This document shows, piece by piece, positions 1-10,256 of a stretch of 64,000 nucleotides of DNA; position 1 is the stretch's first letter, and each line of letters begins with the position of its first letter. The notes below the pieces were generated by a model that worked only from the letters and a program-made list of their open reading frames with translations, searched no databases and was not told where the DNA came from. This DNA comes from an uncultured Actinomycetota bacterium (GTDB lineage: Bacteria > Actinomycetota > Actinomycetes > JAHEKZ01). The position numbers and the translations under genes were made by a program. The stretch covers positions 13,966 through 77,965 of the forward strand of contig CAVPLY010000008.1 of NCBI GenBank assembly GCA_963706045.1, given 5' to 3'.

Positions 1-1314
1 AGTTCCTCGGCTGGGGTCGCTCGGTGCTCGGCCGCACTCCGGTGGTTGGCCAGCCGCTCTTCGACACCTTGCACGGCATGAAGAAGGGGCTCAAGGACAT
101 GGTGGCCCCGCAGGGCCTCTTCGAAGACCTCGGGCTGAAGTACGTCGGGCCGGTCGACGGGCACAACGTCGAAGAGCTCGAACACGCACTGCGCAGGGCC
201 AAGGCGTTCCGTGGGCCGGTGATCGTGCACGCCTTGACACGCAAGGGCCTGGGCTACGCGCCGGCCGAGAACGACGACGCCGATCGCTTCCACGGTGTCG
301 GCGTGATCGATCCCGAGACCGGGCGCTCTGTCGCCGACGCGGTGCCGACCTGGACGGGCGTCTTCGCCGACGCCATCGTCGAGGCCGGCCATCAGCGAGA
401 CGACATCGTGGCCATCACGGCGGCAATGCTGCAGCCCGTGGGGTTGCGGGCCTTCGCCGAGGAGTTCCCCGAGCGTGTCTACGACGTGGGTATCGCCGAG
501 CAACATGCGGTCACCTCAGCGGCTGGCCTCGCCTTCGGCGGCATGCATCCGGTGGTTGCGGTGTATGCCACCTTCATGAACCGCGCGTACGACCAGGTGC
601 TGCTCGATGTCGCGCTGCACAAGGCTCCGGTCACGTTCGTTCTCGACCGGGCCGGGGTGACCGGCGACGACGGGGCGTCGCACAACGGCATGTGGGACCT
701 CTCGATCTTTCAGACGGTTCCCGGACTGCAGATTGCCGCCCCGCGCGACGGCCAACGACTGCGCGAGCTCTTTGCCGAGGCGATCGCCGTCGATGACGGC
801 CCAACGCTCGTGCGTTATCCGAAGGGTGCGCTGCCAGACGAGGTCGAGGCCCTGGAGCAGGTCGGGCGTACCGATGTCCTGCACCGGTCCGGCGACAACG
901 ACGTGCTCATCGTTGCGGTCGGCGCCATGGTGGCCTGCGCCCTCGAAGTCGCAGAGCGGCTCGGCGATCAGGGCATCGGTGTCACGGTGGTCGACCCACG
1001 GTGGGTGCGTCCGGTCTCGCCAGACCTGGTGTCACTCGCGTCCGACTTCCGGTTGGTTGTCACGATCGAGGACAACCTGCGGGTGGGTGGCGTCGGGCGC
1101 TTCGTTCGCCGAAGAGCTGCAGGACGCCGAGATCGTGACGCCGGTGCACATCGTCGGCCTCCCGCGCCAGTTCCTCGAACACGCCAAGCGTGCAGAGGTC
1201 ATGTCGGCCGAGGGAATGACTGCGCAGCAGGTTGCCCGTGACGTCGTCGAGCGGGTGAGCGGGCTCTCACCCCTGGCGATGCCCGATCAGGCAACGCTCG
1301 ACGACCGCTCGTAG
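1..1314 (+). pseudogene. dxs: 1-deoxy-D-xylulose-5-phosphate synthase, 5' end cut by window edge; reading frame breaks near 1094-1097 (possible assembly indel)
   Basis: ORF 24..1241 carries Dxs-type sequence ([48 protein letters not shown]). After VGGVG the authentic C-terminus ([33 protein letters not shown]) continues in the next frame (ORF 733..1314). Removing one base in cgggcgc gives one ORF. Confidence 0.85.
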
Positions 1315-1316
1315 CG

Positions 1317-2174
1317 CTAGCGGCCCCGCAGCCAGGGGTCGACGCCGGCTGGAGGGTCCTCCAGGGCGTGGCGGGCAGATCGACCCAGCGAGCTCACCAT
1401 CACGACCTCCTCGGGTGTGACGAAGACCGCGCGCTCGAAGCCACGTTCGGCCGGCTCGGTCGCCAGCGCTGCGGCAGCGGCGAACGCTGGGTCGATGCGG
1501 CCCAGATCGAGCCACCCGCGCGTTCGCATCGGCACCGCGGCTGTGCGCCACCCGACGGGGTCTGCCTCACAGAGCTCACTGCGATAGGCCGTCGACCCGA
1601 GCAGAGTGAGGACGTCGAGGTCACCGAACGGGCGCAGTGGCGCCGTTCCGTCGCGGAGCAGGCGCTGAGCGGCCAGGCGTCCGGTGCGCTCGAGCTCGCG
1701 GGCCTGACGCGGCCACCAGTCCGTCGTGTCGCAGCGCGCAGCCATGAGCAAGGACGGGGGAGCCACGACGACCTCGTCAGGGTCATCCAGCAGCCCGAGG
1801 ATCCCCAGGCCCAGGTCGAGCGCCTCGCCCGGCACGCTCGCCTGCACCCATGACCGACCAGGGTGCAGGGGGTGCCCAGGGGGGAGGCCCACTGGGCGGG
1901 CGAACTCAACGGGCTCTGAAATCAGCGACAGACCGGTGCGCAGACGCACCCACATCCGTAGTCTGCGGCGCGCGGTCTCCGAGTCCGGATCGCTGTCGCC
2001 GACGACGCGAGCGATCTCGTCCCAGCTGAGCACCAGGTCTGGGTGGCTGCCCTGCACGGTGACGTGGTGATCACCGGGAAGCACGTCGATGCTGTCAAGC
2101 ACCGACACCGCCAGCACCGTCCGCCGCAGGGCGGTAGGCGGCGTGCGCGCAGGATCAGGGTGCGGGGTGTCCAC
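1317..2174 (-). CDS. conserved hypothetical protein; start uncertain (GTG at 2174 chosen; ORF extends to 2354)
   Basis: Long ORF with high third-position GC. The N-terminal extension of the ORF is Pro/Arg-rich and looks non-coding. No family recognised. Confidence 0.5.
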   Translation of the reverse strand: MDTPHPDPARTPPTALRRTVLAVSVLDSIDVLPGDHHVTVQGSHPDLVLSWDEIARVVGDSDPDSETARRRLRMWVRLRTGLSLISEPVEFARPVGLPPGHPLHPGRSWVQASVPGEALDLGLGILGLLDDPDEVVVAPPSLLMAARCDTTDWWPRQARELERTGRLAAQRLLRDGTAPLRPFGDLDVLTLLGSTAYRSELCEADPVGWRTAAVPMRTRGWLDLGRIDPAFAAAAALATEPAERGFERAVFVTPEEVVMVSSLGRSARHALEDPPAGVDPWLRGR

Positions 2175-2298
2175 CTTCCGACGGTAGACCGTGGGGCGGC
2201 GCCGCGCTGACGCTCTGCTCAAGGGCCACCCATCTGCGCAGCCCGTCACGCGTGGTGGCCGCGCCACTACTTGATCTGGTTGCGGCGGCGGCGGCGGG

Positions 2299-3444
2299 GT
2301 GGCGGCGGCGAAGAAGAGGGGACAAGTCCCAGCAGTTGCCGCCGAGGCGTCCACCCCTCAGGGTGGGGCCGTGACATTGACCGAGCTCGACGTCCTCGAC
2401 GTCGGCCCGCCACGCCAGCCGCGGCGGACTTGGGTGATCCCGAAGCCGGTTCAGGTCACCGTGCTGGTGGTGCTGCTGCTGGGGCTCGCCGGGTGGGCCC
2501 TGGCTGTCACACAGCCGTGGAACTCCGCAGGCCCGACACCGACCGGGCTCCGGTTGCTCACGGACGGGCCGGAGGGCCTCACCTGGGTGGACGTCGACAC
2601 GGGGACGCGAGCAGGCGTCAGTGATGCCACCGGCGGTAGTGAGCTCGGTGGTGGCTTAGAGGCAACGGTGGTCGGCTCCGGTGTGCTGGTGCAGTACCCC
2701 TCCAATGATCAAGTATTCGCCGATTCAGTCGTGAGCTACGACGAGGACGGGACGCCCGGGCCGGTGGGGGAAGCCGACCTCGTGATCCCGTCGTCGCCCT
2801 CGTCGGTCTGGCTCGTCGTCGACGCCGAACCGCCCACTGCTGGTGGAGCGGCTCTGGCCAGCGCCTACGGCTCGTGGCGCTCGAAGGTCTTCAGCGTGCC
2901 CCCTGGGCTCGAGGTCAAGGGGGCGACGACCGACGGTCTGGTCGCCCTTCGTGGGGTCTTTCGTGGGCAGAACCTGCTGCTGTGGGATCCCCAGTTGCAG
3001 CAGAGGGTCCGCAGCCTTGGCCGAGTGATCGGGGTCCGCGAGGTCAGTGACCGTTTTGCCCTCGTCAGTACTGGATGCCTGACCACAGGGTGCTCCACGG
3101 CGATGATCGACGTCTCGACGGGCAAGCGCACCGACGTGGTCACGCCGTCGGGCTGGTTCGACGTCAGCACGCCGCGCCTGCTGCCCTCGATGGCCGGCAT
3201 CGCCGTCGTGGTGAAGAACGAGGCCGGCGAGACAGCCCTCGCTGTGGGGAGGCCTGACGACCTGAGCATCGTGGACGACCTTCAGCCGGTGCTGGGCTCA
3301 CAGCCCTTGGCGGGCCCCGACGGCTGGCTGATCGTGCCGCTGGAGGGTGGCGACGTCGTGGCCTGGCGCGATGGTGTCGACGTCGAAGACATGACGCGGG
3401 TACAGCTTGCTCCTGACGAGCGAGCGGTCGGCGTCAGCGGCTAG
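2299..3444 (+). CDS. hypothetical membrane-anchored protein (single N-terminal TM helix)
   Basis: 381-aa ORF with a hydrophobic segment VQVTVLVVLLLGLAGWALAV followed by a large soluble domain. Divergent from the upstream gene. Confidence 0.55.
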   Translation: MAAAKKRGQVPAVAAEASTPQGGAVTLTELDVLDVGPPRQPRRTWVIPKPVQVTVLVVLLLGLAGWALAVTQPWNSAGPTPTGLRLLTDGPEGLTWVDVDTGTRAGVSDATGGSELGGGLEATVVGSGVLVQYPSNDQVFADSVVSYDEDGTPGPVGEADLVIPSSPSSVWLVVDAEPPTAGGAALASAYGSWRSKVFSVPPGLEVKGATTDGLVALRGVFRGQNLLLWDPQLQQRVRSLGRVIGVREVSDRFALVSTGCLTTGCSTAMIDVSTGKRTDVVTPSGWFDVSTPRLLPSMAGIAVVVKNEAGETALAVGRPDDLSIVDDLQPVLGSQPLAGPDGWLIVPLEGGDVVAWRDGVDVEDMTRVQLAPDERAVGVSG

Positions 3445-5524
3445 CGTCTGGCGCGCCCTCGTGGAAGGTGCGCCCGCGAACGTCGGCCGCGACGCCGGAC
3501 CGGTCGAGGTACGGCGTGATGCCGCCGAGCCAGAACGGCCAACCAGCGCCGAGCACCATGCAGAGATCGATGTCGGCAGCCGAGCTGACGACGCCCTCAT
3601 CGAGCATCAGCCCGATCTCTTCGGTGAGCGCGCGCAGGACGCGCTGACGAACGTCGTCGGCGTTGGGCGGGTTGTCGCCCGGCGGAACCAGAGCGGCCAC
3701 AGTCGGATCGATCGCGGGTGCGCCACCTGCGGTGTCGTAGACGCTTCGGTGACCGCCTGCCGCGAGGGCGTCCAAGGTCGGTGAGGCGGCAAACCGGTCG
3801 GGGAATGCCTGATGCATCGCACCAACGACGTGTGCTGCGACGCCGGTGCCGACCAGCTCGAGAAGCGCGAACGGCGACATCGGCATGCCGAGCGGGTCGA
3901 GGCTGCTGTCGACGGTGGCGAAATCGGTGCCGTCGTCAACAGATCGCATGATTTCGGCGAGCAGCCGGATCAGCACCCGGTTGACGACGAATCCAGGGGA
4001 GTCGACGACCAGAACCGCTGACTTCTTCAGCTGCTTGGTGACGGCGAAGGCTGTTGCGATCGACCGGTCGTCTGACTGCTGCGCCCGCACGACCTCGACC
4101 AGCTGCATGACAGCAACGGGGTTGAAGAAGTGCAGCCCGACGACGCGCTCGGGGTGACGCAGGCCCTTGGCCATCAGTGAGACGGGCAATGACGAGGTGT
4201 TGGTGGCGATCACGCAGTCGTCGCGCACGACGTCCTCGAGGTCGGAAAACACCTGACGCTTGACGCCGAGGTCTTCCACGACGGCCTCGATCACAAGATC
4301 GGCGTCTGCCAGAGCTGACCGGTCGGTGCCCATGGTGATCTGCCCCTGCAGGCGGCCGGCGAGTCCGGGACGCAGCCTGCCTTTGGCCGCACGCGCCTCC
4401 AGGTCAGCGGTGAGTGCAGCCCGGGCCTTGGTGACGGCTTCGTCGTTGATATCGACCAGATGCACAGGGACGTTGAGGCGCTCGGCGATCAGCACGGCCA
4501 GCTGCCGAGCCATCAGACCGGCACCGACCAGGCCGACGAACGACACGGCTGCCGGTTCGACGTCGGGGACACCGACGGGTCGCTTGGCGCGCTTCTGCAC
4601 CAGGTCGAACGCGTAGAGCGAAGCCGCGAGCTCGGGGCTGAGCGTGAGATCGGCCAGCGCCTGGTCCTCAGCGGCGAACCCGTCGGCAATTGATGCCGTG
4701 CGGGCATTGGCCAGAAGCTCAAGTGCGCGTTGCGGCGCCGGTGGTACGTCCTTGGTGCGCGCGGAGACGACGGTGCGAGCCCGGGCAAGCGCGGCGTCCC
4801 ACTCCTTGTCGGTCGGGTCGGGGCGCCCTACCGACACCTCGCCGGACACGACCGAAGCGGCCCATGCCAGCGACTGCTCGACGAAGTCGGCGCCATCGAG
4901 CAAGGCGTCGGCCACACCGAGCGCAGCTGCCTGTTTGGGCTTCAGCATGGTGTTGAACGTCAGCGGGTTCTGCACGATGACGGTGACGGCGTTGTCGGGG
5001 CCGACGATCCGCGGAAGCAGCGTTGCTCCACCCCAGCCGGGGATCAGACCGAGGAACACCTCGGGCAGCGCCAGCGCGGGGGCTGCCGCCGAGACTGTGC
5101 GATACGTGCAGTGCAGTGCGACTTCGAGTCCGCCACCCATCGAGGCGCCATTGATGAAGGCGAACGATGGCACCGGCAGCGTGGCGAGCTTGCCGAACAC
5201 CCGGTGCCCGAGGCGTCCGATCTCAAGCACCTGGTCGTGACTGGTCAGCTGCCGAAAGACGCTGAGGTCGGCGCCAACGCTGAAGATGAACGGCTTTCCG
5301 GTGAGACAGACCGCCGCAAGGTCGTCACGTGCGGCGACCTCGTCGAGGGCTGCCTCCAAGGACGCCAGCGAGGCCGGCCCGAAGGTGTTGGGACGCTTGT
5401 GGTCGCGTCCGTTGTCGAGGGTCAGCAGGGCGGCCATGCCGGCGCCGCCTGGCAGCTCGACGTAGTGGATCTTGGTCTCGGTGACGACCTCGTCGGGGAA
5501 AGCCGGCAGCAGGCTGGTGCTCAT
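3434..5524 (-). CDS. fadB: bifunctional enoyl-CoA hydratase / 3-hydroxyacyl-CoA dehydrogenase
   Basis: N-terminal crotonase fold (LTGKPFIFSVGADL) and C-terminal NAD-binding 3-HCDH domain (VGLVGAGLMARQLA). ATG at 5524 (MSTSLLPAF) overlaps the fadA stop as ATGA. Confidence 0.9.
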   Translation of the reverse strand: MSTSLLPAFPDEVVTETKIHYVELPGGAGMAALLTLDNGRDHKRPNTFGPASLASLEAALDEVAARDDLAAVCLTGKPFIFSVGADLSVFRQLTSHDQVLEIGRLGHRVFGKLATLPVPSFAFINGASMGGGLEVALHCTYRTVSAAAPALALPEVFLGLIPGWGGATLLPRIVGPDNAVTVIVQNPLTFNTMLKPKQAAALGVADALLDGADFVEQSLAWAASVVSGEVSVGRPDPTDKEWDAALARARTVVSARTKDVPPAPQRALELLANARTASIADGFAAEDQALADLTLSPELAASLYAFDLVQKRAKRPVGVPDVEPAAVSFVGLVGAGLMARQLAVLIAERLNVPVHLVDINDEAVTKARAALTADLEARAAKGRLRPGLAGRLQGQITMGTDRSALADADLVIEAVVEDLGVKRQVFSDLEDVVRDDCVIATNTSSLPVSLMAKGLRHPERVVGLHFFNPVAVMQLVEVVRAQQSDDRSIATAFAVTKQLKKSAVLVVDSPGFVVNRVLIRLLAEIMRSVDDGTDFATVDSSLDPLGMPMSPFALLELVGTGVAAHVVGAMHQAFPDRFAASPTLDALAAGGHRSVYDTAGGAPAIDPTVAALVPPGDNPPNADDVRQRVLRALTEEIGLMLDEGVVSSAADIDLCMVLGAGWPFWLGGITPYLDRSGVAADVRGRTFHEGAPDASR

Positions 5525-6738
5525 GCGGCGCTCCCTTCGCCGGTGTAGCCAGGGTTCTGCCAGATCACGGTGCCGCCCTGACCGAGCCCCACACACATCG
5601 TCGTGATGCCGTACTGCACCTCTGGATGCTCGACGAACTGGCGCGCGAGCTGGATCATCAGGCGGATGCCGGACGACGCGAGTGGGTGCCCGAAAGCGAT
5701 CGCGCCGCCGTAGGGGTTCACCGTGGGGTCGTCGTCATCGATGCCGAAGTGGTCGAGGAACGCCAGCACCTGCACAGCGAATGCCTCGTTGATCTCGATC
5801 AGGCCGATGTCGTCGATGGACAGACCGGCGCGGCTCAGTGCGCGCTCGGTGGACGGAATCGGGCCGACGCCCATGAGCGCCGGGTCGACGCCTGCGAAGG
5901 CGTAGCCGACCATGGTCATCTTGGGTGCGAGCCCGTACTCGTCGGCGATGGCGGTGGAGGTGACGAGGGCACCGGTCGCGCCGTCGTTGAGCCCCGCGGC
6001 GTTGCCTGCCGTCACATGTCCGCGCGGCCGGAACGGCGTTCGCAGCTCGGCCAGGGTGTCGGTGGTGGTGCCAGGTCGTGGGGGCTCGTCGGCTGTCGAG
6101 AGGTCCCAACCGCCGCCCTCGGCCCAGACCGCGACCGGTACGAGGTCTGGCTGGATGGTGCCCGCGGTGTACGCGTCGGCGACCTTCTTCTGACTCGCGG
6201 CGGCAAATGCGTCCGCTCGTTCGCGGGTGAGGTGTGGGAACCGGTCGTGCAGGTTCTCGGCGGTCTTGCCCATGACCAAGGCGTCCGGGTTCACCAGCCG
6301 CTCGGCAACAAAGCGTGGGTTGGGATCGATTCCCTCACCCATCGGGTGCCTGCCCATGTGCTCGACGCCGCCGGCGAGGCCGACGTCGATGGCGCCGGCC
6401 GCGATGCCGGCTCCGAGCGAGGTGACAGCCGTCATGGCGCCCGCGCACATGCGGTCGATCGAGTAGCCGGGTACCGACTGGGGGAGCCCGGCCAATATTC
6501 CGGCACTGCGTCCGAGGGTGAGACCCTGGTCGCCGATCTGGGTGGTCGCGGCGATGGCGACTTCGTCGATCCGCTCTGGGGGCAGCGACGGGTTGCGGCG
6601 CAGCAGCTCGCGAATCACCTTGACGATCAGGTCATCGGCTCGGGTGTTGGCGTAGCGGCTTCCCGCCTTGCCGAACGGGGTGCGGACGCCGTCGACGAAG
6701 ACGACCTCGCGGGGGCTGCCGACGGCAGTGCGGACCAC
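5521..6738 (-). CDS. fadA: acetyl-CoA C-acyltransferase (thiolase)
   Basis: Thiolase signatures (IDRMCAGAMTA, NEAFAVQVLA, GGAIAFGHPLASSG, CVGLGQG). GGGAGG RBS upstream of the GTG start. Confidence 0.9.
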   Translation of the reverse strand: MVRTAVGSPREVVFVDGVRTPFGKAGSRYANTRADDLIVKVIRELLRRNPSLPPERIDEVAIAATTQIGDQGLTLGRSAGILAGLPQSVPGYSIDRMCAGAMTAVTSLGAGIAAGAIDVGLAGGVEHMGRHPMGEGIDPNPRFVAERLVNPDALVMGKTAENLHDRFPHLTRERADAFAAASQKKVADAYTAGTIQPDLVPVAVWAEGGGWDLSTADEPPRPGTTTDTLAELRTPFRPRGHVTAGNAAGLNDGATGALVTSTAIADEYGLAPKMTMVGYAFAGVDPALMGVGPIPSTERALSRAGLSIDDIGLIEINEAFAVQVLAFLDHFGIDDDDPTVNPYGGAIAFGHPLASSGIRLMIQLARQFVEHPEVQYGITTMCVGLGQGGTVIWQNPGYTGEGSAA

Positions 6739-6771
6739 AGAACCTCCCAGGAACGGATCAGTGGGTCGATG

Positions 6772-7503
6772 CTACTCGCCAGTAGCCTCGGCGCCTGCGA
6801 GGTGCTTGGTCGCCTCGCGGATCGACAGCGGGCTGAGCTCAGAACGATGCTCCTCGACGAAGGCGCGCACCCAGTCGGGGTCGGTCCTCGCGTAGTCGCG
6901 CAGGGCCCACCCGATGCCCTTGCGCACGAAGAAGTCGCGGCTGAGCGACTCCGGCGGGGTCATCGCTGAGATGATGACATCTCGGAGCAGGCCCGGGTCG
7001 GTGTCGCCCCTGGCCCCGACCTGGCAGACCAGGGCCGCGCGCCGGCGCCACAGGTCGTCGTCCCGCGCCCAGGAGCGGATAACAGGGGCCACCTCGGTCG
7101 GGTGAGCGACCAGCAGCTCGCGCACGGCGTGCGCCGAGAGGTCGTCGACGACGTCCCACCACCGTCCGGAAACGATCAGGTGCTCGTAGAGCGGCAGCAG
7201 GGCGACGTCGCGCCAACGACGGTGTCGTGGCACCTGCAGCACTGTGAGCCCGGCGTACCACTCCTCTCGGTATCCCGCGTCGTCCCAGAGTGCCGACACG
7301 GCGGCGACCAGCTCGGACTGATCGGCCACCGGCTGATCGCGCAGGGCAGCCTTTGTAAGCGTTCGCACCTGGGGCAGCGTCACACCGTGGTACGGCATCG
7401 ACGACTTCATGTAGGCCTGCTGTTGCGTTGCACGCTCGGGGTCAGCGTTGTCGGCCAGATCGCGCCGAATCCGACCCACGAGCCCATCCACCGCGCCGTT
7501 CAC
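6772..7503 (-). CDS. DNA alkylation repair protein (HEAT-repeat, AlkD-like family)
   Basis: 243-aa ORF with the pattern typical of the DNA alkylation repair enzyme family (QQQAYMKSSMPYHGVTLPQVR ... WARDDDLWRRRAALV ... FVRKGIGWALR). Confidence 0.75.
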   Translation of the reverse strand: MNGAVDGLVGRIRRDLADNADPERATQQQAYMKSSMPYHGVTLPQVRTLTKAALRDQPVADQSELVAAVSALWDDAGYREEWYAGLTVLQVPRHRRWRDVALLPLYEHLIVSGRWWDVVDDLSAHAVRELLVAHPTEVAPVIRSWARDDDLWRRRAALVCQVGARGDTDPGLLRDVIISAMTPPESLSRDFFVRKGIGWALRDYARTDPDWVRAFVEEHRSELSPLSIREATKHLAGAEATGE

Positions 7504-7571
7504 TCCACCACCCTCCCAGACCAGGCGTGCCGAGTGCCCCGTTCTCGGGTCGGAACGGGGATCATGGGCGG

Positions 7572-7862
7572 ATGGATCTGACGTTCACCGGTGAGGTCTG
7601 GCACTGGCGCGGCCCTTCGCCCTACTACTTCGTCACCGTGCCGGAGGACGAGAGCGGCTTGATCGAGTCGGTCAGCGCGGCAGTCAGCTACGGGTGGGGC
7701 GTCATCCCGGTGCAGGCGACGATTGGCGCCACAGAGTGGCGGACGTCGCTCTTCCCGAGAGAGGGGTTGTACGCCCTCCCGCTCAAGGACGCCGTGCGTC
7801 GGGCAGAGGAAATCGCCGAGGGCGGCACGGTCGCGGTTCGCCTCCACGTACAGCTGCCATGA
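7572..7862 (+). CDS. DUF1905 domain protein
   Basis: ATG at 7572. The sequence MDLTFTGEVWHWRGPSPYYFVTVPEDES...GWGVIPVQATIG resembles DUF1905 proteins. Confidence 0.7.
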   Translation: MDLTFTGEVWHWRGPSPYYFVTVPEDESGLIESVSAAVSYGWGVIPVQATIGATEWRTSLFPREGLYALPLKDAVRRAEEIAEGGTVAVRLHVQLP

Positions 7863-7922
7863 GTGGGAAGTGCTTCGGTAACTCGCTGGGCAGGTGACCT
7901 CCAACGCCCTAGTGTCACCGGC

Positions 7923-8456
7923 ATGACTGTCGACGAGCAGGGACGCCCCGAACCCCCGATCGCGGCCGACGAGGCCGCCACGCTGCTCGGGTTTCTCGAC
8001 TACCAACGCGCCACCCTCGAGTGGAAGTGCGCGGGGTTGGACGCCGGCGGTCTCAACACCGCCGTTGCGGCGTCGACCATGACCTTGGGCGGCATGCTCA
8101 AGCACATGGCGCTCGTCGAGGACCAATGGTTCTCCTGGGTGCTGCACGCCGACAAGCCCTGGCCGCCCTGGGACACCGTGGACTGGAAGGCCGACCGAGA
8201 CTGGGACTGGCACTCGGCGGCCGGCGACACCCCAGACCAGCTGCGCACGATGTGGCGCGAGGCGGTCGAGCGAGCACGGGGTCGCGTTACCGAGGCGCTC
8301 GCAGACGGTGGCCTGGGCCGGCTTGCCGACGACGGCATCGACGGACCACCACCTAGTCTGCGCTGGATCGTGTGCCACATGATCGAGGAGTACGCCCGGC
8401 ACAACGGTCATGCCGACTTGATTCGGGAGTCCATCGACGGCGAGACCGGGGAGTAA
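7923..8456 (+). CDS. DinB/DUF664 family (mycothiol-transferase-like) protein
   Basis: ATG at 7923. Motifs LLGFLDYQRATLEWKCAGL and IEEYARHNGHADLIRE are typical of DinB_2/DUF664 proteins. Confidence 0.75.
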   Translation: MTVDEQGRPEPPIAADEAATLLGFLDYQRATLEWKCAGLDAGGLNTAVAASTMTLGGMLKHMALVEDQWFSWVLHADKPWPPWDTVDWKADRDWDWHSAAGDTPDQLRTMWREAVERARGRVTEALADGGLGRLADDGIDGPPPSLRWIVCHMIEEYARHNGHADLIRESIDGETGE

Positions 8457-8462
8457 CCGCCC

Positions 8463-8612
8463 ATGACCGGTGTTTGTGTTGCTGGGGCTACGGGCTGGAC
8501 CGGGCGGACTATCGCTGAGGCGCTGTTGGCCGGTCAGGCGCTGGCCGTGCGCGCGGTGCCGAGCCTGGTCGGCGTGGTGCGCGGTCTCGACACCTTGCTG
8601 CTCGAGCACTGA
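8463..8612 (+). pseudogene. possible remnant of an NAD(P)-binding (DapB-like) protein N-terminus, 49 codons
   Basis: Reading this short ORF by eye gives MTGVCVAGATGWTGRTIAEALLAG, a Rossmann-type N-terminus, then an early stop. It is too short to be the full enzyme. Confidence 0.3.
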
Positions 8613-8640
8613 CCGTTCCGGACGAGGGGGTAACTCGCTG

Positions 8641-8981
8641 ATGGCCGATGCCGAGGATGTCCGGCGTCTGGCGTTGGCTTTGCCCGACGTCGTCGAGATG
8701 GACTCCGATGGTTTCGACTTCCGGGTGACGAACAGGGGGTTCATCTGGTCGTACCCGGAGCGGCGCCCGGTGAGCGTCGTCGGATCCGCACCGATGTTGC
8801 GGTGCTCTACGTCGGCGACGAGGCCGAGAGACAGGCGCTGCTGCTTGGCGAGCCAGACGTGTTCTTCACCGCTCCGGGCTACGAAGGACAGGCGCTCGTT
8901 CTTCTGCGGCTGCCGGCCGTTGACGTCGACCGGCTGGAGGAACTCGTCACGGACGCCTGGCGGATGCGCGGCGAGTTCTAG
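8641..8981 (+). pseudogene. MmcQ/YjbR-family DNA-binding protein, frame break near 8770 (possible assembly indel)
   Basis: MADAEDVRRLALALPDVVEMDSDGFDFRVTNRGFIWSYPERRP continues in another frame as ERRRIRTDVAVLYVGDEAERQALLLGEPDVFFTAPGYEGQALVLLRLPAVDVDRLEELVTDAWRMRGEF. One missing G in cccggtgag explains the break. Confidence 0.7.
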
Positions 8982-10231
8982 GGGGTTGCGGTACGGGCGA
9001 CGCGGTCGAGCGCCTTCGCCATGGGACGCGCTGTCACCTCGATCTGCCAGGGGCGGGCGCCGTGTGACCGCAGCCGCTCGGCGATCCCGGTCTCGGAGCA
9101 GTCATCGGGTGGTTCCCAGGCGATCCGCCGCACGGTGTCGGGGGTGAGCAGGTTCTCGGTGGGCAGGTGGTGCTCGTCAGCGAGCGCGGCGACCGCAGGA
9201 CGCAGAGCCGCGAGCCTGGCGGCGGCCTCGGGGTTCTTGTCGGGCCACGAACGCGCAGGAGGGGGAGCATCTGTCGCCAACGACGTCGACGGCAGCTCGG
9301 TATCGGGGCAGGTGCGTGCTCGCTCGATGGCCGTCAGCCAGCGGTCAGCCTGCCTGCGGTTGGCCTTGCCGCCAAAGACGGGGAGCGCGATGAGTGCCTC
9401 GCGGGTAGCGGGCTGCTCGACAGCTGCCGCCACGATGGCGCTGTCGGGGAGGATGCGCCCAGGCGCGATGTCACGGTTCTGTGCAAGCTGGTCGCGGGCG
9501 AGCCAGAGCTCACGGATGACAGCGAGTTGACGCGGTTTGCGCACCTTGTGCATGCCGCTCGTACGGCGCCAGGGGTCAACCCGGGGCGGGGCTGACGGGG
9601 CGGCCAGGATCGCCGCGAACTCTTGACGCGCCCATTCGGACTTGCCCGCATCTTCCAGCTCAGCGGCCAAGGCGTCACGCAGCTCGACCAGCACCTCGAC
9701 GTCGAGCGCTGCATAGCGGAGCCAGTTGTCAGGCAGGGGGCGGGTCGACCAGTCGGCCGCGGCGTGGCCCTTCTCGAGGCCGATGCCCAGCACTGACTCG
9801 GTGATGGCAGCCAGTCCCACCCGCGGGTGGCCGAGCAGTCGGCCGGCGAGCTCGGTGTCGAAGAGCTCGCGCGGGTGAAGGCCGATATCGGACAAGCAGG
9901 GCAGGTCCTGGGTGGCGGCGTGCAGCACCCACTCGGCGTCGTTGATCGCCTCGGCGAGCGGGGTCAGGTCGTCGAAGGCGATGGGGTCGACCAGGAAAGA
10001 TCCCGCTCCGGCCCGGCGGATCTGCACGAGGTAGGCACGCTGTCCGTAGCGATAGCCGCTGGCGCGTTCGGCATCGACGGCGATCGGGCCAGATCCAGCG
10101 GCCAGGGCGTCGGACGCCTCGCCCAGCGCTGCCGGCGTGGTGATGACCGGAGGAAGCCCGTCCCTGGGCTCGAGCAGCATGGTGACCGGAGGGGTGTCGT
10201 CCTCGACGGTCTGGTGGTCGGTATCGCTCAC
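8978..10231 (-). CDS. rnd: ribonuclease D (3'-5' exonuclease plus HRDC domain)
   Basis: DEDDy exonuclease motifs (IAVDAERASGYRYGQRAYLVQI, HAATQDLPCL, YAALDVEVL). Start set at GTG 10231 so that it follows the upstream LuxR stop. Confidence 0.85.
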   Translation of the reverse strand: MSDTDHQTVEDDTPPVTMLLEPRDGLPPVITTPAALGEASDALAAGSGPIAVDAERASGYRYGQRAYLVQIRRAGAGSFLVDPIAFDDLTPLAEAINDAEWVLHAATQDLPCLSDIGLHPRELFDTELAGRLLGHPRVGLAAITESVLGIGLEKGHAAADWSTRPLPDNWLRYAALDVEVLVELRDALAAELEDAGKSEWARQEFAAILAAPSAPPRVDPWRRTSGMHKVRKPRQLAVIRELWLARDQLAQNRDIAPGRILPDSAIVAAAVEQPATREALIALPVFGGKANRRQADRWLTAIERARTCPDTELPSTSLATDAPPPARSWPDKNPEAAARLAALRPAVAALADEHHLPTENLLTPDTVRRIAWEPPDDCSETGIAERLRSHGARPWQIEVTARPMAKALDRVARTATP

Positions 10232-10256
10232 GGCGACACCGTACGCGGCGCCAGCG

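Noticed and set aside
5626-6969. 447-aa plus-strand ORF antisense to fadA
   Set aside because: It is the mirror frame of a well-supported thiolase gene. Its composition is Arg/Gly/Asp-rich with no recognisable domain, the typical shadow ORF of high-GC DNA.
7500-8744. 414-aa minus-strand ORF across the DUF1905, DinB and YjbR genes
   Set aside because: It overlaps three plus-strand genes that have clear family signatures. The sequence is Arg/Pro-rich and has no motif.
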